The notes below the pieces were generated by a model that searched no databases, was not told the origin of the DNA, and saw only the letters and a program-made list of their open reading frames with translations. The position numbers were made by a program, and so were the translations under genes. Below, piece by piece: positions 38,319-50,352 of a DNA stretch of 64,000 nt (its first letter is position 1; each line of letters opens with the position of its first letter). Where the stretch lies: NCBI GenBank assembly GCA_001179505.1, contig CDMY01000488.1, positions 186,001-250,000 on the forward strand, in the 5' to 3' direction. The stretch is from Vitrella brassicaformis CCMP3155 (Eukaryota > Protista > Chromerida).

Positions 38319-38618
38319 NNNNNNNNNNNNNNNNNNNNNNNNNNNNNNNNNNNNNNNNNNNNNNNNNNNNNNNNNNNNNNNNNNNNNNNNNNNNNNNNNN
38401 NNNNNNNNNNNNNNNNNNNNNNNNNNNNNNNNNNNNNNNNNNNNNNNNNNNNNNNNNNNNNNNNNNNNNNNNNNNNNNNNNNNNNNNNNNNNNNNNNNNN
38501 NNNNNNNNNNNNNNNNNNNNNNNNNNNNNNNNNNNNNNNNNNNNNNNNNNNNNNNNNNNNNNNNNNNNNNNNNNNNNNNNNNNNNNNNNNNNNNNNNNNN
38601 NNNNNNNNNNNNNNNNNN
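38319..38618. other. Assembly gap (300 N)
   Basis: Run of N. Confidence 1.
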
Positions 38619-38911
38619 GGCTCCAGCTGCCCTCTGTGTCCTTGTATAGTCACTGACTCATAGGGCACTGCATGAGCGTGTGTTTGGATCGCAAGGAGAA
38701 CGCGCCCGTCAAAGCGATCCGCCCTAGCCCAGACACGAATTAAAAGTGCCGCGTACACCCTAGGGTAGGGTTTACGAGATCGACCGATCAACTGAGAAAG
38801 CAGCTTTCCTGCCTTCCAGCCAGCTCACTGAGCTCGGGGTGTGTTGTGTATTTGAAGCCTCTGTAGCCCTTTGCCCTTCGGGTTTTTCTGACCACCGACC
38901 ACCACACAGGA

Positions 38912-40330
38912 ATGATGATGCGCTGTGCCGTCGTCTTCGCTCTCGTCGCCGTGGCGATTGCCGAGCCGGGATACGACTACAGCTGCCCGAAGGGCTACAC
39001 CCTCCAGGGGAAGGGCAAGGAGGCGACCTGCTATCGTCAGACCAAGACCCATGCCATGGTGAGAGCTCTCAGTCGGGCAGATCAGTCGGGAGGGCGCCAG
39101 GGGGAGGGAGGAGCGAGGCACATGCACGGCTGGCGGGGTCGGAGAGAGGCTGGGGTGGCTACATGCGCACAGATCTGCTGTGTGTGGGGGTCGCCATCTC
39201 TCTCTCTCTCTCTGTGTGTGTGTGTCTCTGTATAGTCCAAGTGCCCGAAGGGATACGAGCCGTCTGGCAAGGGCAAGGAGATCACCTGGTCAGCCGCACA
39301 CACGCACGCACACACAGCGACACGGCCGACGTCATTCAATTGACGTCATTCGTGTCTCCGCCTCTCTCTCTGTGTGTGCAGCACTGCCTACGACAGCAAG
39401 CCCGCTCAGTACAAGTGCCCCAAGGGGTACGAGCCGGGTAAGGACGGCTGCACCCTCAAGACCACTGCCCCGATGGAGTACTACTGCCCCAGTAAGCAGA
39501 CCCCCAGGCCACCAGCAGTGCAGCCATGCAGCTGATGTGTGTGGTGGGTTGGCAATGACTGGCAGAGGGTTATGAGAGCGGCGACGGCAAGGAGTGCCAC
39601 AGAATCGACACCAAACCCGCCAGCCCCTACTGTGAGAAGGGCTATGACTACCACAAGGGCGAGTGCGTGACCTACACCCACTCCACCGAGAGCGTCGCTG
39701 CTGAGCACTATTGTCCCAAGGCACGCCGCACACACACACACACACACACTGAGCACTATTGTCCCAAGGCACGCCGCACGCACACACACACACACACTCA
39801 CACACACGCTGCCGTCGGTGTGTTGGTGTCTGCAGGGGTACGATCAGAACGGCAAGGAGTGCACCAAGATCGAGACGGCCAACGCCCACGCTACTGCGAG
39901 ATGGTCGGTCGTCTGCAGATATGCCCTCATCCATCCATCCATCCACTGTTGTGTGTGTGCGCAGGGCTACGACTACCACAAGGGCAAGTGCATCAAGTAC
40001 GTCACCACCACCGAGACCGCCCCGATGCAGCATGACTGCCCCAAGGGCTACACCATGAACGGCAAGGAGTGCACCAAGGTGTGTAAGCCACACAGGACAG
40101 ACAGCCATTAGATGTCTACGCCATCTGGTCACTGTGTGTGGGTCTGTGTGGTGTGTTGTCAGCCCAACTACGCCAACATGCTCACCTACGCCAACATGCT
40201 CACCTACTGCGACAAGGGCTACACCATGCACAGGGGCAAGTGCATCAAGTACGAGACGACCCGCGAGACCGCCCCTGCAGAGTACTATTGTCCGAAAGGC
40301 TACACCGACGCCGGCGACGTGAGCCATCCA

Positions 40331-40365
<35 letters not shown>

Positions 40366-41757
40366 CGAGAGAGAGATGGCACGCCACTCATCATGCTTAT
40401 GCCCTCTGTGTGTTCTGTGTGTGTGCAGAAAGTGCGCCCGCACCTCGTCTGCCCACGCCCGCGCCTACTGCCCCAAGGGCTACACCCTCCAGGGCAAGGA
40501 CACCTGCGAGTCCTACAAGACCGCCGAGCCCGAAAAGTACTGCTCCAAGGGCACCGAGACCAAGGAGGGCTGCGGCAAGCACGACACCGTCCCCAAGACG
40601 TCATCGTGCCCCAAGGGCTACACCGAGGGCAAGAAGGGCTGCGAGCGATGCTACACCAGCAAGAAGCACACCCACTGCGACTACACCAAGATGGTCCACT
40701 CGTGTCCCAAGGGCTACACCATGAACGGCAAGGAGTGCACCCGCTTCACTCCCCACCCCTGTAAGCCACACACACAACACACCCAACACACACACACAGG
40801 CAGCGTGATGATCCACTCGTGTGTGTGTGTGTGTCGGTGCGGTGCAGACGAGTACAGGTGCCCGAAGGGCTACACTGAGGGCTCTGGCAAGCACAAGAAG
40901 ATGACTTGCTACACCAAGGAGACCAAGCCAGCCTCCCACAAGTGTCCCAAGGGCTACGACGGAGAGGGCAAGGAGTGCACCAAGACTGACTACGTCAAGA
41001 AGCATGGGAAGTGCCCCAAGGTACGGTGCACAGCACACGGCGGCAGCCCCCCCACCCGCACACACATATGGCTGACTCATGGGATGGCTTTGTGTGTTTG
41101 TGTGCAGGGTTACGACGAGAGCCACGGCAAGGACAAGTCGCTCGAGTGCTACAAGCACGTCACCGTCACTGTGGAGGGCCCGGTCCACAACAAGTGCCCG
41201 AAGGGCTACGACGAGGCCGACAAGAAGTGCGTCAACTACTCGACCATCAAGGCCACGGGCAACTGCCCAAAGGGCTACGACGCCGGCAAGAGCAAGGAGT
41301 GCACCAAGGTCGGCCACCAAAAATCCACCACACACGCCATCCAACACACACAGATGCACTCAACCAACTGTGACGTGTGTCCCTCTGTGTGTCCCTCAGT
41401 ACGTCACGACCCCCGCCGAGACGCCGATGCAGTACAAGTGCCCCAAGGTGCGTGCGCAGCACACGGCGACAGCCCAACCACACACATGGATGGATCGATG
41501 GCTTTGTGTTTGTGTGCAGGGCTACGACGACATGGAGGGCAAGGTAAGCACGCCGAGCACACGACACACAGATGGATGGATGGATGGACAATGTCCTTGT
41601 GTGTGTGTGGACCAGACCTGCTCGCGCGTCGTCCCGACCAAGGCCCTTTCTAAGTGCCCCAAGGGCTACACGATGAACGGCAAGTCCTGCGACAAGGTCA
41701 GTGAGACCACAGCACAGCACAGCTCAGCTCGCCATTTGGTCATTCTGTGCGGTGGTG

Positions 41758-41788
<31 letters not shown>

Positions 41789-42366
41789 AGCCCGTCTCGA
41801 CTCGCGTCACTGTCCCTCCGCAGCACCGGTTTGTTAAGGGCTACGACCTCAGCGGCAAGGTAGGTTCCCTCCCTCATCAATCACCGCTCCATGCCCACCT
41901 CATCAAATCTGTGTGTCACTCGGCTGACTGCAGGAGTGCACCAAGACGGTCACGGTGCCCAAGCACTCGAAGTGCCCCAAGGGCTACAGCAAGGGCAAGG
42001 AGTGCGTGAGCTACAAGTCGGCCCCCATGGAACCCCACTGCCCGAAAGGCGAGTACACCCTCAGCGAGGGCAAGACGTCTCCTACGGCGGCAGGAGGAAG
42101 CACCGCGGCAGCAAGCACCACAAGAGCTCTCACATCTGTGAGCTCACCAAGACAGCCGCGCCTCACTACTACTGCGTCAAGGTCAGCAGCAGTCATCACA
42201 TCTCACCAGACACCAGACACATAGGGCTGCACTGCTCACTCTCTGCACTGTGTGTGTCTGTCAGGGGTATGAGCTCGTCGACGGCAAGTGTGTTGGCCAC
42301 GAGACCACCACTCCCACCAAGACCTACACCAAGAAGGGCTACAGCAGCTACTACGGCCACCACTAA
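38912..42366 (+). CDS. Secreted Cys-rich CPKGY-repeat (COWP/OWP-like wall) protein, copy 2; 1-nt deletion near 42079
   Basis: Signal peptide, more than 20 C-P-K-G-Y-x(4-10)-C repeats over many exons, and a Tyr/His tail KKGYSSYYGHH*. The family assignment rests on the known COWP type-I Cys spacing. Confidence 0.8.
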
Positions 42367-42426
42367 ACCAACACGGCCGATAAGATATATGCTGCTGGTG
42401 CGGGGCGGTGCGCGGCCGGCGGCTGG

Positions 42427-42726
42427 NNNNNNNNNNNNNNNNNNNNNNNNNNNNNNNNNNNNNNNNNNNNNNNNNNNNNNNNNNNNNNNNNNNNNNNNNN
42501 NNNNNNNNNNNNNNNNNNNNNNNNNNNNNNNNNNNNNNNNNNNNNNNNNNNNNNNNNNNNNNNNNNNNNNNNNNNNNNNNNNNNNNNNNNNNNNNNNNNN
42601 NNNNNNNNNNNNNNNNNNNNNNNNNNNNNNNNNNNNNNNNNNNNNNNNNNNNNNNNNNNNNNNNNNNNNNNNNNNNNNNNNNNNNNNNNNNNNNNNNNNN
42701 NNNNNNNNNNNNNNNNNNNNNNNNNN
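42427..42726. other. Assembly gap (300 N)
   Basis: Run of N, with a 20-bp overlap duplicated on both sides. Confidence 1.
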
Positions 42727-44876
42727 CGGTGCGCGGCCGGCGGCTGGCTGAGGTGACTCCCCTCTCTGCTGATCGGGGGCGTCACTGCAGTCACTGCTGG
42801 CCCTGGCTGCTGGGGACATAGCAACACATGGCATGGGTGTGCATGGGATGGATGGCATGGTTTGGATGTCTGTGTGAATCGCATGGCGTCGAACGCCCCG
42901 GTCTGTCTGTTTGTCTGGCTGTCTGGCTGTGTGTCTCGAGCTCTACTGGGCTGGCTGGAGGGAGGGGTTCGTGGGCTGCATGAGGGTATGGGATGGGCCA
43001 CATCATCGCAACACACACACACACACACACTGCTCTCTCTAAAATCGCAACATCACCTTCCACCATCACAGCACTGACTCACCCAGTTTCTGGGGACACA
43101 TTATGGCCTGGCCAGGTACACATCGATCACATCCACAGCTGAGCTCTGGCTGACTGTCTGGTTTTATTACGTTGTGTCCGCTTTTATCGACTTGCCCCCA
43201 TCTTTCTCGTGTGGTGAGTGCATGTCTGTGTGTGTGTGCCCGTCTGTCTGTCTGTCTGTCTGCCCATCGCTTGTGGTGATCGTCCGTCTGGCTGTATGGC
43301 TGTCTGTCTGTCTGATTGTCTGGCTGACTGTCTGGCTGTCTGGCTGTGTGGGTCTGCCTGGTGGTCGGGTGTTTTGCCTGCTCGTCCGTCTGTCCGTCTG
43401 TCTGTCTGTCTGTCTGGAAGCACTTGACCCACCCAACGTTTTTATGGCACTTATCGGATCGAGCAATTGAGGCGCCGAGCTTGTGGCGTCGAGAGAGGCA
43501 TTCCATTGCATCATCATCATTCCATCTGCACTACCGTGGTGTGCTGTGTGATGTGGCGCGACGGGGGAGGGTTGAAGGAAATACGTGGCCGCCCTTGCCT
43601 TGCCTTGCCTTGCTGGGATGGGCCTGGCCTGCCTTGGGCCCTCCCCGGTCACTGCCACACACTCACACGCCCACTGGGCTATGTCGCCATTCATATGTAG
43701 GGTGCGCTCCTCTAGTCTGGTGTGTGAGGGACACATAGTGGAATGGGATGGACGAACCGAGTGAGCCGAGTGGATTTGGATGCCCCTGGGGGCCGTCTGG
43801 GGGGAGGGGGGACTAAGGGGTGACTGCGATGCGACTGGCTGCTGGCTGGCTGTTGATGGGTTTATATGTCTGTGAATATATAAGCGTACGTAGGCGATGG
43901 GCACACAGTAGGTAGACAGTACGGACTTAGTCAGTCGACTGACCGCTGGCACACACAACATGCACACACTCACACACACTCACACGCTTTCTTTGCCTTT
44001 CTTTTCGCCACCACACACACACGGGATTCATCCAATTAGTTTGTGCCGGGCTGCAGGCTGACCGACCTCTGTCTTGTCTGGTGTGCCTCTTACTTATCCT
44101 CCACACACGCACGCAGGCAGGCAACGACGTCCACCGCCCGCCTTCCTGTCTGTCTGTCTGTCTCTTTCTCTTTCGCCCTCGCACACAGACACTCAGCACA
44201 CCAAGGCAGCCTGTCTGCTTCTTCGACTGATGTTTTTTGAGACACACAGGGGTTGCGGGTCTTACCATCCAGTTCATTCCATGTCGGGGGGTTTTGAGGG
44301 AGGGAAAGGCTGGGCTGTTCTGTGTGTTTTGGTGGGGGGGGCTTCAACGACATTTTTCCACACGATCACCACCACCTAGTCTAGTCTTTCGCATTCACAC
44401 GGGGGAGACACACGGGGGCGGGGGCGGGGCGGTGTGTGTGTGTTGGGCGGGATGGGAGACTCGTGGACAGAATGGCTGGCAAGACACTCATCACTGAAAC
44501 GATTCATATGCCGGAATAATCACCTGCAGCAGTGTCTCACACACATAAATCACTCAAAAGTCATGTGCACACAGAGACGCGGAAGTCGTTGGCTGGCTAA
44601 GTAGCTGTCTGCCCTGTGCTGTGCCACTTCTGTGTGACCAGCAAACGTCGTCTGGATACTCCCGTGCATCAGAACAATACCATTGTTTGATGAACCAATG
44701 ATGTAACTGTCGCTGACCTACCCCCGCTCACATCTGCGGGTGTCCCATCCCCAGCAGCCAGCGCCAGCAGTGACTGCAGTGACGCCCCCGATCAGCAGAG
44801 AGGGGAGTCACCTCAGCCAGCCGCCGGCCGCGCACCGCCCCGCACCAGCAGCATATATCTTATCGGCCGTGTTGGT

Positions 44877-46759
44877 TTAGTGGTGGCCGTAGTAGCTGCT
44901 GTAGCCCTTCTTGGTGTAGGTCTTGGTTGGAGTGGTGGTCTCGTGGCCCAGACACTTGCCGTCGACGAGCTCGTACCCTTTCGGACAATAGTAGTGAGGC
45001 GCGGCTGTCTTGGTGAGCTCACAGATGTGAGAGCTCTTGTGGTGCTTGCTGCCGCGGTGCTTCCTCCTGCCGCCGTAGGAGGACGTCTTGCTCTCGCTGA
45101 GAGTGTACTCGCCCTTGGGGCAGTGGGGCTCCATGGGGGCCGACTTGTAGCTCACGCACTCCTTGCCCTTGCTGTAGCCCTTGGGGCACTTCGAGTGCTT
45201 GGGCGCCGTGACCGTCTTGGTGCACTCCTGCAGTCAGCCGAGTGACACACAGATTTGATGAGGTGGGCATGGAGCGGTGATTGATGAGGGAGGGAACCTA
45301 CCTTGCCGTTGAGGTCGTAGCCCTTAACACACCGGTGCTGCGGAGGGACAGTGACGCGAGTCGAGACGGGCTGACAGACAGACACGACACCACCGCACAG
45401 AATGACCACATGGCGAGCTGAGCTGTGCTGTGCTGTGCTGTGGTCTCACTGACCTTGTCGCAGGACTTGCCGTTCATCGTGTAGCCCTTGGGGCACTTAG
45501 AAAGGGCCTTGGTCGGGACGACGCGCGAGCAGGTCTGGTCCACACACACACACACACACAAGTCCATCCATCCATCTGTGTGTCGTGTGGTTCGGCGTGC
45601 TTACCTTGCCGTCCATGTCGTCGTAGCCCTGCACACAAACACAAAGCCATCGATCCATCCATGTGTGTGGGTGGGCTGTCGCCGTGTGCTGCGCACCGTA
45701 CCTTGGGGCACTTGTACTGCATCGGCGTCTCGGCGGGGGTCGTGACGTACTGAGGGACACACACAGTTGAGTGCATCTGTGTGTGTTGGATGGCGTGTGT
45801 GGTGGATTTTTGGTGGCTGACCTTGGTGCACTCCTTGCTCTTGCCGGCGTCGTAGCCCTTGGGGCACTTGCCAGTGGCCTTGATGGTCGAGTAGTTGACG
45901 CACTTCTTGTCGGCCTCATCGTAGCCCTTCGGGCACTTGTTGTGGACCGGGCCCTCCACAGTGACGGTGACGTGCTTGTAGCACTCGAGCGACTTGTCCT
46001 TGCCGTGGCTCTCGTCGTAACCCTGCACACAAACACACAAAGCCATCCCATGAGTCAGCCATATGTGTGTGCGGGTGGGGGGGCTGCCGCCGTGTGCTGT
46101 GCACCGTACCTTGGGGCACTTCCCATGCTTCTTGACGTAGTCAGTCTTGGTGCACTCCTTGCCCTCTCCGTCGTAGCCCTTGGGACACTTGTGGGAGGCT
46201 GGCTTGGTCTCCTTGGTGTAGCAAGTCATCTTCTTGTGCTTGCCAGAGCCCTCAGTGTAGCCCTTCGGGCACTTGTACTCGTCTGCACCGCACCGCACCG
46301 ACACACACGAGTGGATCATCACGCTGCCTGTGTGTGCGTGTGTTGGGTGTGTGTGTGTGGCTTACAGGGGTGGGGAGTGAAGCGGGTGCACTCCTTGCCG
46401 TTCATGGTGTAGCCCTTGGGACACGAGTGGACCATCTTGGTGTAGTCGCAGTGGGTGTGCTTCTTGCTGGTGTAGCACCGCTCGCAGCCCTTCTTGCCCT
46501 CGGTGTAGCCCTTGGGGCATGATGACGTCTTGGGGACAGTGTCGTGCTTGCCGCAGCCCTCCTTGGTCTCGGTGCCTTTGGAGCAGTACTTCTCGGGCTC
46601 GGCGGTCTTGTAGGACTCGCAGGTGTCCTTGCCCTGGAGCGTGTAGCCCTTGGGGCAGTAGGCATGGGCGTGGGCAGACGAGGTGCGGGCGCAATTCTGC
46701 ACACACACAGAACACACAGAGGGCATAAGCATGATGAGTGGCGTGCCATCTCTCTCTCG

Positions 46760-46794
<35 letters not shown>

Positions 46795-48036
46795 TGGATG
46801 GTTCACGTCGCCGGCGTCGGTGTAGCCTTTCGGACAATAGTATTCTGCAGGGGCGGTCTCGCGGGTCGTCTCGTACTTGATGCACTTGCCCTTGTGCATG
46901 GTGTAGCCCTTGTCGCAGTAGGTGAGCATGTTGGCATAGTTTGGCTGACAACGCACCACACAGACACACACACAGTGACCAGATGGCGGATGCATCTAAT
47001 GGCTGTCTGTTCTGTGTGGCTTACACACCTTGGTGCACTCCTTGCCGTTCATGGTGTAGCCCTTGGGGCAGTCATGCTGCATCGGGGCGGTCTCGGTGGT
47101 GGTGACGTACTTGATGCACTTGCCCTTGTGGTAGTCGTAGCCCTGCACACACACAACAGTGGATGGATGGATGAGGGCATATCTGCAGACGACCGACCTT
47201 CTCGCAGTAGCCGTGGGCGTTGGCCGTCTCGATCTTGGTGCACTCCTTGCCGTTCTGATCGTACCCCTGCAGACACCAACACACCGACGGCAGCGTGTGT
47301 GTGAGTGTGTGTGTGTGTGCGTGCGGCGTGCCTTGGGACAATAGTGCTCAGCAGCGACGCTCTCGGTGGAGTGGGTGTAGGTCACGCACTCGCCCTTGTG
47401 GTAGTCATAGCCCTTCTCACAGTAGGGGCTGGCGGGTTTGGTGTCGATTCTGTAGCACTCCTTGCCGTCGCCGCTCTCATAACCCTCTGCCAGTCATTGC
47501 CAACCCACCACACACATCAGCTGCATGGCTGCACTGCTGGTGGCCTGNNNNNNNNNNNNNNNNNNNNNNNNNNNNNNNNNNNNNNNNNNNNNNNNNNNNN
47601 NNNNNNNNNNNNNNNNNNNNNNNNNNNNNNNNNNNNNNNNNNNNNNNNNNNNNNNNNNNNNNNNNNNNNNNNNNNNNNNNNNNNNNNNNNNNNNNNNNNN
47701 NNNNNNNNNNNNNNNNNNNNNNNNNNNNNNNNNNNNNNNNNNNNNNNNNNNNNNNNNNNNNNNNNNNNNNNNNNNNNNNNNNNNNNNNNNNNNNNNNNNN
47801 NNNNNNNNNNNNNNNNNNNNNNNNNNNNNNNNNNNNNNNNNNNNNNNCTGGCGCCCTCCCGACTGATCTGCCCGACTGAGAGCTCTCACCATGGCATGGG
47901 TCTTGGTCTGACGATAGCAGGTCGCCTCCTTGCCCTTCCCCTGGAGGGTGTAGCCCTTCGGGCAGCTGTAGTCGTATCCCGGCTCGGCAATCGCCACGGC
48001 GACGAGAGCGAAGACGACGGCACAGCGCATCATCAT
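44877..48036 (-). CDS. Secreted Cys-rich CPKGY-repeat (COWP/OWP-like wall) protein, copy 3; frame intact where visible, interrupted by a gap
   Basis: Reverse complement of copy 2, ending ...KTSSYGGRRKHRGSKHHKSSHICELTKTAAPHYYCPKGYELVDGKC...YYGHH*. Confidence 0.82.
47548..47847. other. Assembly gap (300 N)
   Basis: Run of N. Confidence 1.
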
Positions 48037-48393
48037 TCCTGTGTGGTGGTCGGTGGTCAGAAAAACCCGAAGGGCAAAGGGCTACAGAGGCTTCAAATAC
48101 ACAACACACCCCGAGCTCAGTGAGCTGGCTGGAAGGCAGGAAAGCTGCTTTCTCAGTTGATCGGTCGATCTCGTAAACCCTACCCTAGGGTGTACGCGGC
48201 ACTTTTAATTCGTGTCTGGGCTAGGGCGGATCGCTTTGACGGGCGCGTTCTCCTTGCGATCCAAACACACGCTCATGCAGTGCCCTATGAGTCAGTGACT
48301 ATACAAGGACACAGAGGGCAGCTGGAGCCTTTCGCTCACGCACAGAGGACGGCAAACACGTCACACGTGAATCAATCAGCCGATGAATCAGTG

Positions 48394-50285
48394 TCACAGG
48401 AAGTATGGCACGACAGACCTCCAGGGCTGCGACGATGTCGACTCCTGCACCTGCACACACGTGCACCACACATCACGGTGATCATTCATTGATTCACTCA
48501 TTCACTCATTGTGAATCAGTCGATTGAGAGAGTGGATGGTTGGTGTGGCACCGACCTCTTTGAAGATCTTGAGGTGTCTGTTGAGGTACTCATCGAACTT
48601 GAGCACCGCGGCCACGTTCCCACACCTGACCACACGCCACGCACATCGACCACACCGACCACAGTGACCACACACACACACTCTCATCCAAGTTCACACC
48701 CGAACCACGCACCCACCTGTAGCAGTAGTTTGGCGCCGACCACACTGTGACGAGCGACTTGTCGGCGTAGTGGAACTTGATGCCCTCCTGAACACACCAA
48801 CACCACACACACGCACACCATTGACCATTGACCACAGAGAGGCGTGAAGTGACCCTCGTCGGGTTGGCTTGGGTTGGCTGGGTGCGTACCTGTACAAGCT
48901 GGTGTGCCCTCGCGATCAGCTCAAGGTTGTTGTAGTGATTAAACTGGCACGCAGACCAATCAGCGTATCATTGTCCTCCGTGTAGGTCAGCCTCTCTCTC
49001 TCACCTCGCGGACAGCTTTGCTGCCAAAGAGCCACCCGGCACCTGTGGAGCCAGCCAGCGACACACACCAACACGCACGCAAAGAAGCTCATTGATTGAT
49101 GCTTCTGGGCTTGTGTGCCTCGCCCAATCGCCCCGACCTCTTGGGTTCACTGCCCAGGTCTCGATGTCATCAGGATCTGACCACACAATGTCTGGAGAAG
49201 GACAGACACACACACACATTGCGTGGCATGGATGGTGTGTCTGCGCATCTGTTGGCCTGTCGTGCCTCCGAAAGGTCCGTCGTGTGGGATCTCCTGGATG
49301 CGATTGATGTCCCTCAGCTGGTCCACGTAGTGGACGTGAGGCGACAGGCCGCCATGCACACAAAAGATGCGGCCGTCGATGATCTGTAGCACACACAGAA
49401 CACCACACCACAGCACAGACACTGCACGCAGGGCAATCCTTGGTCCCATGTGACGACGGACCGCTGCGAGAGTGAGGTAGTCGAAGAGGTCTGTGCAGTA
49501 CTTCCATGGGTTGGCGTTGCCGTACTTGCGCATGCACTCGTCATAAAAACCGTACACCTACAAGCCACGCACACAGATAGACAGACAGACAGACAGACAC
49601 AAGCAGATATTGTTGTGTTGTGTTGTGTTGCGCTGCCTGGCCTGCCTCTCCCCCCCTCGTTCTCTTTTCCCGGCACCTGTGTGATCTGCCTGGTCTCGTG
49701 GTTGCCCCGCAGCAGCGTTATGTGCTGGGGCCACCTGCAGGCATCACACACCAATTCACACACGGCCATACGGAGACGATTCCGCCCGGCGGCGAGGCAT
49801 CGTCCCACCTGAGTTTGAGCACCAGGAGCAGCTGCAGGGTCTCCACACTGTTGAACCCACGATCCACAAAATCACCCTGAACGAACGAGTGATTCAGACA
49901 TCCATCGACCTGTCTGTGTGGCTTGAGCGCCTCTGTCACCCATCATACCATGAAAATGTAATTCTCGTCAGGCACCTCCCCTGCCACGTCAAAGAGCTCC
50001 AGCAGGTCAAAGTACTGGCCGTGGATGTCACCGCATATCGTCACAGGCGTGTCCACATGCTGCACATTGCTCTCCTCAACCAAGATCTCCTTCACCTGCA
50101 CATACACCAGAAAGAGAGCGGCCATGGCCCAGTGCCTGCCTGCCTGCTGGTAGTGCCTGCCTGCTTGTGTGTACCTTCATGCAGACGTATTTGAGGTCCT
50201 TCTCGGTGAGGTAGCGTGGCGGGTTCTGCCTCAGCTGCTCAATCCATTGGTCCTCCCTCCTCGTCACGCCATTCTCATGGCCCAT
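48394..50285 (-). CDS. PPP6C: Ser/Thr protein phosphatase 6 catalytic subunit (PP6/Sit4)
   Basis: [66 protein letters not shown] and C-terminal VVPYFL*. The NANPWKYC and TWAxxPRGAGWLFG segments match PP6 better than PP2A or PP4. Confidence 0.92.
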
Positions 50286-50352
50286 CACGCACGCGCCACA
50301 CGGACAGACACCCTCAGCCAGTCAGCAGATAGTCCGAATGCGGTGAGAACGA

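Larger units (their letters stand above)
38619..48329. repeat. Large inverted repeat: arms ~38619-42817 and ~44749-48329, with a ~1.9 kb microsatellite-rich spacer
   Basis: Promoter, exons, introns and 3' flank of wall-protein copies 2 and 3 are reverse complements, near-identical apart from indels. Confidence 0.92.

Noticed and set aside
38755-38775. ccctagggtagggttt as a telomere-like seed
   Set aside because: Fewer than two full repeat units; it is a short palindrome in the duplicated promoter.
42407-42746. 20-bp direct repeat flanking the N-run, as a possible target-site duplication
   Set aside because: The opposite palindrome arm shows this sequence once and contiguous, so it is a contig-overlap artefact.
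44680-44720. TGATGA...CTGA as a box C/D snoRNA
   Set aside because: The spacing is too short, there is no terminal stem or recognisable guide, and it lies in a 3' flank.
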